From Octopus vulgaris (Eukaryota), in NCBI GenBank assembly GCA_951406725.2, contig OX597817.1, positions 47,554,001-47,618,000 of the forward strand: a stretch of 64,000 bases of DNA, written 5' to 3'. Below, piece after piece: positions 1 through 11,510 of this stretch. The translations under genes and the position numbers were made by a program. The notes beneath the pieces were generated by a model. It ran no database searches. It was given only the letters and a program-made list of their open reading frames with translations, and was not told where the DNA came from. Numbering within the stretch: position 1 is the first letter of the stretch; each line of letters starts with the position of its first letter.

Positions 1-1419
1 ACATTCGACGGATATTTACATTTACATTTGACGGATACATTCGACGGGTCTATCAGCCAAAACGTTGTGTTAACAACAAACAAGATGAGGACAAATATCC
101 GTCAAATGTAAATAATGTCTATATTGTTATGTTTAAGCTGGCCAAATCTGGCCTCTCACACCTACCCTACAATGTCGTACTAAAAATAAACAATCACATC
201 ATTGAAATCTTGAATCTTTGAGATAATGCATGATTAATTCAAAACAATGTAGATAAACAAGTATTATATCTGACAGAATAATTTGAATGCAAAAGGATTA
301 AAAGAGAATACAGCAAAGAATCTTTATGCAATTTCTCTAAATCTTTGTGTGGTAAACCTAATCCAGTACCTGGTTTGACACCACCACCTAGCATTTTGGG
401 TACTTTAAGCAGAGTTCATCTTCACAAACTTTCAGGCCAGGCCCCCAGTTTAAGGATACCTTCCTACCTCCCTCCCACCAGGCACAGAGACCCTGTTAAG
501 AATCTAATTTGCCTTCTGACAAAAACGTTAAAAATATATAATCCCTAACGAGTATTTCAGTGACAACAAGCCAACCATGAAATACTTCTGAACTGTGCCT
601 TGCCATGATACCTATTTGCTAGTAGATGGCTGAAATCATTCATCATCATCATCATTTAATGTCCGTTTTCCGTGCTAGCACGAGTTGAATGGTTCGACCG
701 GGGTCTGGGAAGCCAGGAGGCTGCACCAGGCTCCAGTCTGATCTGGCAGTGTTTCTACAGCTGGACACCCTTCCTAACGCCAACCACTCCATGAGTGTAG
801 TGAGTGCTTTTTACGTGCCACTGGCACAGGCGCCAGGGGACGTAGAAATATAGCTAATTTACTGCACATAATTTTTAACAATTAAATCTTCTATGAGCCC
901 CTAAGGGCCATGTGGACCTCAGTTGAGAACCACTGGTTTAAAATATTATATTAATTAGACTTTAGTGTTATGGCAATGACCATAAATCTCTCTTGGACTC
1001 ACAGACTATGTGACAGTTATGTTATCAAACAGAAAGACAACACGCCAATCTCATAATTCAACTTAGTATTTTTATTTTTTTATCTGCTGGGTGTGGAGGA
1101 AGGGGTGGTGCCAATGGTCTTTGCAGACCTTTCAAGACTGGTAAGGGTGATGCTGTTAATGTTCCATTTAAACTGTTGCAATTCAAGTTGCAACTCAACA
1201 CTTGCAGGGAAAACAAGAGCAGAGAAGAGATTTCTGCATGTGCATTTGTAAGTTTTGGGGTTTTAGTTATCAATTCACCTAAAGAGTATTTCAGTGACAA
1301 TCAACCAACCATGAAAACACTTCTAAACTGTGCCATGCCATGATTTATTAATTATTCACATAAATTTATTAATTATTAACATAGATTATTAACAAACATA
1401 ATAATGATTTATCATGTTT

Positions 1420-1760
1420 GTTGCTGTCAATGTTATATGAAGGACTGGATGTAGGGGTTAGTGCAGGGCCTCAAACACTGGACATAACAAGAGTGATGGG
1501 AGGAGGAAACACATTTGGGTCACAAGTGCTTGAATATAGAAGGGAAGTACAAAACCTTCAAACACTAGGAAGAGAGGCCATTGTAAGAGCAACAGAAAAG
1601 GCAAACAGAAAAGATGGTATGAGACAAGGACATGCAGCTGGGAGCAGGTCTGGGAGTGATTTGATGTCAATCAGTGGAGTACTCCTTTTCTAGATGTTGT
1701 CCAGTATATCTCTGTGTGCATAGCAACAGCAGCACAGTTCCAGGTGTGAAGGCAATAATC
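1420..1760 (-). mobile_element. Highly degraded CR1/L2-like LINE ORF2 3' relic
   Basis: The minus strand gives broken ...LIDIKSLPDLL.../..F..SYNGLSS-like patches typical of CR1-group RT C-termini, with many frameshifts. Confidence 0.4.
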
Positions 1761-3163
1761 CATTGTGGCACTCAATTGTTAATATAAGAAAACTTGTTTT
1801 AAAAACATGCTTGGAGCAATTTGTAGATCTATACAACCACTGCAGAAATTGTTTTATCTCTTACTTGTTTTAGTCAGAAAACTGTGGCCATGCTGGGGCA
1901 CTACTTGCAAGGGTTTTAGACACACAAATGAAACCCAGTACTTACTTTTTTTTTGTTGTTTTTCAGTCTGGTAGATATTTGATCAATCTGTTTTGCCAAA
2001 CTGCTAAGTTATGGGGAAGTAAACAAAACCAACACCAGTTGCCAAGTGTTGTAGAGGCAGGGAGATGATTCAAGCACAGATAAAAAGACACACACACACA
2101 CACACACGATGAGCTTCCACACAGTTTCCATCTACCAGACTCACTCACAGGCTATTGGCTGGTCCAAGGCTGTTGTAGAAGATGCTTGACCAAGGTGCCA
2201 TATAATGGGACTGAACCCAAAACCGTGTGGGTGCAAAGCCAGCTTCTTAGCCACACAGCCATGTGCTTTCAATTGTCTTCATTTTTTTCTTTTTACTTGA
2301 TTTAAACATTAGACCGTGGCCATTCTGGAGCACCACTTACAAGAGTTTTAGTCAGCCAAATGGACCCCAATAGTTTTACGTTCCTTTTTTTTTAAGACTG
2401 GTATTTATTCTATCAGCCTGTTTTTGTTGAACTGCTAAGTTTCCAGAACATAAACGAACCAACACCTAGAGGCGGGGGTGGGGTGACACACACACACACA
2501 CATATTTATACGACAGGCTTCTTTCAGTTTCCATCAACCAAATCCACTCACAAGGCTTTGGTCAACCCGAGGCTATAGTATAACACACTTGCCCAAGGTA
2601 CTCCACATTGGAATTGAACCTGAAACCTCATAGTTGCAAAGCAAGCTACTTAACCACATAGCCATGTACGCACCTATACTCTTTACTCTTTTACTTGTTT
2701 CAGTCATTTGACTGTGGCCATACTGGAGCACCGCCTTTAGTAAAGGAAATCAACCCCAGGACATATTTTTTGTAAGCCTAGTACTTATTCTATCAGTCTC
2801 TTTTGCCAAACCGCTAAGTTACAGGGACATAAACACACCAGCATTGGTTGTAAAGCGATGTTGGGAGGACAAACACAGACACACAAACATATACACACAC
2901 ATACATATATATATATAATATACGACAGGCTTCTTTCAGTTTCCGTCTACCAAATCCACTCACAAGGCTTTGGTCGACCCGAGGCTATAGTAGAAGACAC
3001 TTGCCGAAGATGCCACGCAGTGGGACTGAACCCGGAACCATGTGGTTGGTAAGCAAACTACTTACCACCACACAGCCACTCCTGTGTCTATATGTAAAAA
3101 GAAAATTTATTTTTATTTAATATTTTTCACTTTCTTTCTTTCTTTCTTTCTTTTTTTTTTAAG

Positions 3164-3246
3164 ATAACACAGTCCAGGTGGAGGTATTTGAATCATCAGC
3201 ACTTCGGCTGGCAGATCAAAATCCTATCGAACTTGGCAATCTCTGA
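3164..3246 (+). CDS. Putative terminal coding exon of an unidentified gene antisense to PNPT1
   Basis: About 40-nt polypyrimidine tract ending in tAAG, followed by non-repetitive sequence of balanced GC reading (D)NTVQVEVFESSALRLADQNPIELGNL*. Several kb of UTR-like sequence follow, with AATAAA clusters at about 7550-7570 and 7880. Protein not recognised. Confidence 0.45.
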
Positions 3247-4175
3247 CACTGAAAGTTTCGCAACACAACAGATATTAACATGCGGCCTTTTTATTCAAAA
3301 GATTACTTTATTAACGAATGCACTCCCATTTAATGTACTCCCTCTCTGCCTTTTACCGAACATTAATACCCCACATATCAACAATGCCATTGTTACCGGC
3401 ACCACCAACACCACCACCCTCCCTCTCGCTATCTATCTATCTATCTATCTATCTCTCTCTCTACTTCTACCAACATGGAAGTTGGAATCTCTCAAGAGAA
3501 TCACTCAGGAAAAAAAAAAATAATAACTAACTAACTAAACTGAATATACATATACTGCAGACATACTTTGGTTTTAAATATCATTCATTGATATCAATGC
3601 CACCACCACCACCACTACTACTACCACCACCACCACCACCACCACCACCACTACTACCACTATTACCACTACTACTACTAATAATAATAATGATAATAAT
3701 GATAATAATAATACTGATAATCACTCACATGACCAGCACGTTTATCATAAACACTATTATAAGCAGCATTATTGTTGTAGTTGTTGTTGTTATAAACAAC
3801 AACAGCAACAACAACAAGCATTTCTTCACTAGCAGAAATATCAATATTTCCTTTAAATACATAGTTCCATACAAAACAAACCACAGGCTATGTATTTTGG
3901 ATTCTTTCTCTCTTTCTTTCTCTCCTTCTCAGTTGTTGTAATTGTTGTTTTTTTATATAATTTGTGTTGTTTGTCATCTTTTGTTTTTGTTTCTTTCGTT
4001 TGTTTGTTTGGGGGTTGTATTTGTTGTTGTTTTTTCTGATATTCTCTTCTGCGGAGTTTATTTGTCTTCGGGAAACAGAAATTTCTTGATTGTTTTTGTA
4101 TTTTATTATTTATACACAAACACACATATATATATATGCATATAAGCATGTATGTATGTATATATATTATATATG

Positions 4176-4220
<45 letters not shown>

Positions 4221-5874
4221 ATGTATGTATGTAAGTATGTATCCATATAAGTATGTATGTATACATATGGTATACATATGTATGTATATGTATATATGTA
4301 TGTCTGTTTGCATATATGTATGTATTCATATATGTATGTATACATGTTATATATGTATACATATATGTATGTAAACATATATGTATGTATGTATGTGCAT
4401 ATGTGTGTGTGTGTTATGTATGCAAGTATGCCTTTGTTTATAAAGTTACCATTATGTTGCTGACATTGTTACTATTGTTGTTGTTGTTGTTACTCTTTTC
4501 CACTGAAAGCTGACAATTTAGCAAACATTTATATCATAACTGTTCTTGTTGCAAAACATACAGCGATACCCATTTAAAAAACAGCCCATGGGTAAATTGG
4601 CTGAAAATTACAGTAAAATGATTTAACATTGCAGAATTTTCAATGCAACATGAGTTTGAACAGAGATGCCTAACACTCTATCATCCTTCAAAACAACAAT
4701 ACTTCTTGTTTTATGAATGAGGATACTGCAGATATCTTTTCTCCTTCACTCCTTCTTTATCTCTATCTCTCACACATTTTTTTGTTGTTCTTTCCTTTTA
4801 AAACTTTTGTAGTTGGAATTTTTGTATATCTATATTTTTCAGTATTTCTGTGGAAAGAGGAACAGCAAAAAGGAGAATGCATTCCAATAATTAAAGAGAG
4901 AAAGAGGGGAGAGAGTGGAGGGGGGGACGAAATAGAGTGTAAGCAGGACAATATGAAATTAAGGAACAGCTTTTGAGACCGGCACAAGTAAGTGTTGAAA
5001 GCAACCGGGATAACAATGAGAATGAATTTAATGCATTTACACAGAGGCGATAACTGATTGTATGTAGGTATATGGGTAAACAGCAATGTGTGATGAAAGT
5101 AAAGTATATCACAATGGGATGGCAGAGAATTATATATAAAGAAAAAACAAAAGGAAAATATCATCATTACTATCACCATCATCATCATCATCGTTTAATG
5201 GCCGCTTTCCATGCTAGCATGGGTTGGTCGTTTTTGACTGAGGTCTGGCAAACCAGACGGCTGCACCAGGCTTTAATCTTGATCTGGCAGAGTCTCTACA
5301 GCTGGATGCCCTTCCTAATGCCAACCACTCCGAGAGTGTAGTGGGTGCTTTTACGTGCCACCGGCACGGGGCCAGTCAGGCGGTACTGGCAACAACCTCG
5401 CTCGAATCTTTTACACATGCCACCGGCACAGGTGCTAGTCATCATTATCGTTAAATATATGTTTTTCCTTGCCGGCAAGGGTTGGACAGTACAAGAGGAG
5501 CTGGCAAGCTAAAGGACTGTACCAAGTTCATGTCTATGCTTTGGCATAGTTTCTGTGACTGGATACTTTTCCTACAGCCAACCACTTTACAGAGTGTACT
5601 GGGTGGTTTTTAAATGGCACCAGTGAGATCAAATAACTTGCAAAACAAATCATCTCAACTCAGGATGGAAGTAATATTAAGAGGGATGCCTTGGTACCAG
5701 CTGATGAGAAGCTAAAATATGACAGGGGCACAGAAATACGATACAAAAAATTAAGAGCATGGTGAAAAATGTTGGAGCATGGGGTGGGGTCCTTTTACAG
5801 ATTACAAACATGATAAAGATGCATTGAAAGATAAATGATGGCGAAACCTTTAAAATCATGTCATTATGGAAAAG

Positions 5875-6150
5875 CCAGGAGCAAAAGAAACAACAACAAT
5901 AATAGTCTTGGCAGATGATAATGTGCTTTTTAAAGAAATTATCCAAATATAAAGATCTATCGAATGAGATAACTAGAATGTGGGGGATGAAAACAGCAAC
6001 AAACATAATAATAATAGGTGCTTTGAGAATCATTAAAAAACACATGTAGATGAATAGATACCCAAAACTCAAGGACTTACATGCAGAATATAACTCTCAT
6101 ATCTGCCATGAGCATTTTACATAGAGCACTTTCAATACAATAGCTAATAC
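5875..6150 (+). mobile_element. Degenerate R4/Dong-clade 3' fragment
   Basis: KKLSKYKDLSNEITRMWGMKTATNIIIIGALRIIKK is readable at about 5930-6040. Confidence 0.6.
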
Positions 6151-8505
6151 AAAAGCAAAACAAAACATTACACATTTCCAAGGCACTTGGAGCTGTACTT
6201 TATGTATTGCAGTGAAAATGAGCAGGCAATAAAAATATGATAAATGAATAATAGTTTCAAACATAAAAATAAAAAATAAATGCACCCTTTTAAAGCCTCC
6301 CGGTTTCTATGGCATATGTGTTCCCCAGCTGGATGGGACGCATTTTTGCCAGCTGAGTGAACTGGAGCAATGTGAAATGAAGTGTTTTGCTCAAGAACAC
6401 AACGCGTCGCCCAGTTCAGGAATCGAAACCACAATCTTACGATCATGATGCTGACATCCTAATCACTAAGCCACGTGCCTCCACGGTTTCAAACATAGGC
6501 ACAAGACAAGTAATTTGGGGGCTGGAATGGTGAATTATATCACTCTCTGTCAACCTCAACATAATTTGAACTCAGTACATAAAAGACTGTAATAAAATAC
6601 AGCAAAGCATTTTATCTGCCACTTTGATAATTCAGCCAATCTGGATTTTTAACATGGGAACAAGCCTGCAAATTTTGGGCAGTGAGTGTAAATGATTAAT
6701 TCAACATCAGTACTTGACTGGCATTTGTTTTATTAATTACAGAGAGAAAGAGAGAGAAAGGTGAAATTGAAAGTGACTTTAGCAAGATTTCAAATCAGAA
6801 TATAAAGGAAAGCAATCAAGGCATTTTGCCTGTCATTCTGCCTGATGCTTCCATTCACCACCCCTTTGTAATGATAGTGACAGTGATGATGATGTATTAT
6901 TGGGATATTTTGACAAGAACCCTCCACAAAAATATTCCTTGACTGTAAAGGAAAAGAGAGCCAAGTTGCTACGATGTAATTTTGCCAATATAATATAAGG
7001 CTTTCGAGAAAAGGTCATGGATGATAGAGAATCTTCGAATATCTAGGCAGTTGTATCCTAAAAGTTGAGAGTAGACTGTGACAAGCAAGGATGATGGGGT
7101 TGTGCTATTGTTTTACTTTGAATGCAACAGTGTGTCTGTAATTACAATAAATACCTATTTAGCTGCATAACTGGATTGATAAAGCACTATAATTCCAAGT
7201 ACAGAATGCAACAGTTTCCAGCCTAGCTGACAGTTTCTCAACTTACAGATAGACACCTGTCATTTTGTCGGTAATAAGCTTATATATCATTTTGTAAGTA
7301 CAATTTATTCTCTTCGATCTCCTTTTATACACATAGTTTTACATTTTCAAGTTGAAGTTTACAATGGATAGTTCTGGAAACTGGAAATATTTTTTATAAA
7401 ATTCTACATAAAAATATATTTGCTAAATTTTTTTTTCCTTTTTATCTTCAGTTCTTTTCACAAGCTAAAATCATACAATTTTTCTTTGTTTCTTGTTTTT
7501 TTGTAACAAAATTGAAAAATTTACACCTTGTATCTAGTATTCCAAATATAATAAAAACAGTCAATAAAAATAAAATTAACGCAAGCAAAGTTAGTAAAAT
7601 AATATTTAAAAAGAAAAGAAAGAAAATTGTTTTTGTTAAGGACTAAAAAAAATTGCTTTAAAATTTTATAATAAACAGTTTACAAGGAACTGTTCTGCAG
7701 ACCTGTCTAATTTATGCTGATGCGGGGGGAAATATTTTTAAAACTACCAGCGAATAAGATGATTGACAATAATTATAATTACACTATTTAAACATCATAT
7801 TTATCACATAGCCTCTGACATTACAACGAACTAAAAATAATTAATGCAATGACTTTTAATGGCTGTTGCAAATCTTACACTAATAAAAATAAAATACTGT
7901 AGTTACAAGAAATCCATGATACTTGGTAAATGAATGGTTAAATATTAGACTACAGATTCAAATATGTTTTGGTATTTCTGAAATTTTTACTGCTTTTCTA
8001 AGTCAGATAAACTAATTGATTGAAAATATAATTTGGCACAGGGGAATGTCAAAGGAATATGCGAAAATAACAGGAAAAAAACACAAATAATGGATGCAGT
8101 CATGCCCATCCCCTCATCAGTTGTCAATCAAATATCATCACTATTTTGACACCTGATATTGTACAGTCTGGCAGCATGAGCTACTGGGATATAAATGAGT
8201 GAACATGCTAGACGGACAAGGGCAGAAGAAAAAATGAAATAAGTAAAATAACAAGAAAAGTCAAAGTGTGAAGACTGAATAGTAAAAAGGACAAGTTATG
8301 AAGAGAACAGAAGTAATTATATAAACAGAAGAAAGAAACAAGCAAGGACAGTAACAACAAACACATATAGGGTAAACACCACAGACAGAGGAAACCTGGG
8401 GACTTTCACACCTGAAGTAAAAGTTGGGTATTTTATATATCATTGTAAAATGCAGTGTCCTGTTGGTGGATTTCAGGAAGCATGAGAGTTTTGAAGGATG
8501 TAGTG

Positions 8506-8797
8506 CAATGTTTCTCAAACTATCTGATGTGGCGTACTGGCAGTTTTTTTTTTTATAATGTGCCAGGGTCCAATAATATTTCTTAGTAATATTAATTTAT
8601 ACCAGAAATAATATATACAATGAATATAATAAAAGTTGACATTTGTTTTTATCTTATATTCATTTTGTAAACAAATAATACATTATTACATAAGCATTTT
8701 ATAATGTTTCTTTGTTTTCTGGAAAGTCACAACGTACTGGCAGCTGATGGTTCACGAACTGGTGCCATTCAGCGGACCACCACTTTGAGTAACTCTG
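8506..8797. mobile_element. Old hAT-like MITE
   Basis: Termini caatgtttctcaaac ... ctttgagtaactctg form an imperfect CAGTGTTTCTCAAA-type TIR. Related ends occur at about 920-935 and 46834-47028. Confidence 0.45.
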
Positions 8798-9325
8798 ATG
8801 TGGTGTCACGACAGCTAACAACTGATGCATGTAGTTTATTCCATACATCAGTAATTCTGAGTGTGAAAAAAATGTTTCCGAAAGTCATGGATGTTGTGTT
8901 GTTTTCAGATTTTACAAGCATGTTCATGAGTGTTTGTGACATAGAATTCAAAAATGTGTCCATGGTTGTTGTTAGAAAGATAGTGAATAATCTTGTGGGT
9001 GTCTACCAAGTCAGTTGCCAGACGTCTGAGCTTCAATGTATCCATGCCCAGGGAAGCAAGACGTTCAGGGTATGGTAGATGTCTGACGACAGGTATACAT
9101 TTTGTTGCACGTTTCTGAACAGTTTCCAGAAGATTTATACACTGAGCAAGACAGGGGTTCAAGACTGGCGATGCAAATTCCAAATGTGGACATACCATTG
9201 TCATATACAATTTTAGTTAGATAGCTGGAGAGCGGCTGACAAAGGTCTTATTGAGTTATGCTAGCACCCCGTCAGCCTTCTTGACAATTTTAGAGATGTG
9301 GTTTGTCCAATGCAGATCGTTCTTT
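8798..9325 (-). mobile_element. CR1-clade LINE reverse-transcriptase C-terminal fragment
   Basis: LYMTMVCPHLEFASPVLNP...LETVQKRATKCIP...LPYPERLASLGMDTLKLRRLATDL matches the CR1 motif LY..VRPHLEY...LE.VQRRATK...Y.ERL..L.L..L..RR; FF.LRI..VWN.L follows downstream. Confidence 0.85.
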
Positions 9326-9340
9326 ACAATAACAATTTAC

Positions 9341-9375
<35 letters not shown>

Positions 9376-9377
<2 letters not shown>

Positions 9378-10201
9378 GTGATTTAAAACTGGGAATGGAG
9401 GCTCTAATTGATTTAAAACCAGAAAACCAAAAACTGGAAACAGAGGCTCTAATCTATGCTGCCAAAGAGCAAGCACTAAGAAAAAACTACATAAAATACA
9501 GAATAGACAACACATCAGAAAGTGATAAGTGCAGAATCTGTGGACAAAATGGTGAAACTGTATGGCATATTACCAGCCAATGTATGCCACTAGCCCAGAA
9601 GGAATATAAGAGATGCCATGACAATATAGCAAGACTTGTCCATTGGACACTTTGCAACAAGTATGGATTTGACAGAGCAAAAAATTGGTATGACCACAAA
9701 CCTGAAGGCATCATCAAAAATAGGAATGCAAAGATCCTATGTGATTTTATGATTCAGTGTGACCATAAGATAGAGAATAGGAAGCCAGATGTAGTCTTAA
9801 TTGAGAAAGAAAACAAACTATGCTGGATCATAGATACAGCAAAACCCAGCTGACAACAAGGTATGTGACAAGGAAGAAAGAAAAGTTGATAGATATAACA
9901 GGTTAGCTTGGGAGGTTAAACAGTTGTGATCAATGAAAAAGGTGGATGTAGTACCAATAATTATCGGAGCCCTGGGAACAGTGAGTAAAAATCTTGAGAA
10001 GTACATGGAATAAATAGGGGCTACAATGAGGGTGGAGCACTTGCAGAAAACAGCACTGCTTGGAACTGCTCGAATACTCCGGAAGGTGCTTGAAAAAAAA
10101 GAGGTGCTACCTTGGTTCACTAGTAGTGAACAGCTGACACTGTAGTACATCTCTAGCATTAGAAGTTGTACAAAGGCAATGATAATAATAATAATAATAA
10201 A
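9376..10201 (+). mobile_element. R4/Dong-clade non-LTR retrotransposon, 5'-truncated 3' end (CCHC knuckle + restriction-like endonuclease), pseudogenised
   Basis: C-x2-C-x8-H-x4-C (CRICGQNGETVWHITSQC), (R>C)HD, RKPD...IID, then after a frameshift VVPIIIGALG...LQKTALLGTARILRKVL. Flanked by (AAT)n on both sides. Confidence 0.88.
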
Positions 10202-10756
10202 TGCCTTGATGCAGTGCCAGGCAGTGGCTCTCATAGCTTCTGAGCTTAACCGATTGGAAGTGTTATCATGTACATTGTTTTGTCTTGGTATAAAAGATGG
10301 GCTACAGCAAATATTCTTCTTAATACCACAGATTTGGTTGTCAGTTGTTTGACCGTAACCAGTTGAGCATGTCCCTTAGTGGCTGACGATATGTGCATCT
10401 CTGATCACGAGCAGAAGTAGTGGGGGAGCATCATAGCCGTGTATTGAAAGGAATTCTTGGAGGTTTAGATAATTCACCTTTGGAAACATGGGTGGTTCGT
10501 TCAGCACCCTTAAACAATCCTTATTCAGGGACCTTTTGAATGGGATGGGCTACTCAACCAGAAGAAAATTCTAACTGAGCCCCACCTACAAGGTCATGTG
10601 TTGTTTATCTTGATATGAGATCACCATGTCACGTACACATGGTTGTGATGCATGTTCCCCGTGTACCCTTATCAGACGGGTAGTCATGATGGGTATACTG
10701 GGCTTCATATATTTTACCCCAGTGTCACTTTGATGGCATGCACTACTCTCTCATTC

Positions 10757-10785
<29 letters not shown>
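10202..10785 (+). mobile_element. Non-coding ~560-bp (TAA)n-tailed repeat; a second copy is inverted at ~27528-28080
   Basis: Colinear reverse-complement match between the two loci over the whole length; both end in ...ctctctca(t/c)tcAATAATAAT. Confidence 0.8.
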
Positions 10786-10790
<5 letters not shown>

Positions 10791-11147
10791 CGTGTCTCTA
10801 AAAGAAATGGAGAAACTTTCAAAATACAAAGACCTGGAAATAGAGGTAACTCGAATGTGAAATCTAAAAACAGAAACAATTCCTATCATAGTAGGTGCAT
10901 TAGGTATGATAAAAAAATATTCAGACAAATACATAACTAAAGAACACCAGGACTTACAAACACATATAACATACAGAAAATTGCACTACTGGGCACTGCC
11001 CACATCCTACGCAAAACACTTTCAATACAGTAAGCATCAGAGCATCACAACAAAACACAGCACATACCCAAAGCACACAGAGCTGCGCAAGGTAGTGAAG
11101 GGAAAGCACGATATTAAAAAAAAAACTATTGAATAATAATAATAGTA

Positions 11148-11182
<35 letters not shown>
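10786..11182 (+). mobile_element. Second R4/Dong-clade 3' fragment (different subfamily)
   Basis: KEMEKLSKYKDLEIEVTRM*NLKTETIPIIVGALGMIKK...QKIALLGTAHILRKTL; begins and ends in (AAT)n. Confidence 0.82.
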
Positions 11183-11452
11183 TATACAATGGAGGACATG
11201 CTAGACTATTTCACATCTGTAACGCAAACACAGTCATGATGGTATTTTGGCCTAAAGCTGTAAGTCAACTTGTATGTCACACACAAAATCATTTAGTGCT
11301 TAACACTTACAGTAACTAAATTTCCTAAACCTGTTATCTATTTGAACGATCCGAGAGTTTAACATGTCCATGCTGACAATCGATAATAAATGTTCAAATA
11401 GATTTGGCAAAAAGAAAAATACAGAAAATTATTTGAATTATTTGCTACTCAC

Positions 11453-11510
11453 CTTTCACTTTCTCCAGAACATCACTTCTAATTACACTGATAGCTTCAT
11501 CTCGTGATAT
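11453..11510 (-). CDS. PNPT1: PNPT1 internal coding exon, 58 nt
   Basis: attgttttAG|ATATCACGAGATGAAGCT...AAAGTGAAAG|GTGAGT. Translates ISRDEAISVIRSDVLEKVK; compare human VSRDEAVNKIRLDTEEQLK. Phase 0 start matches the preceding exon. Confidence 0.9.
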
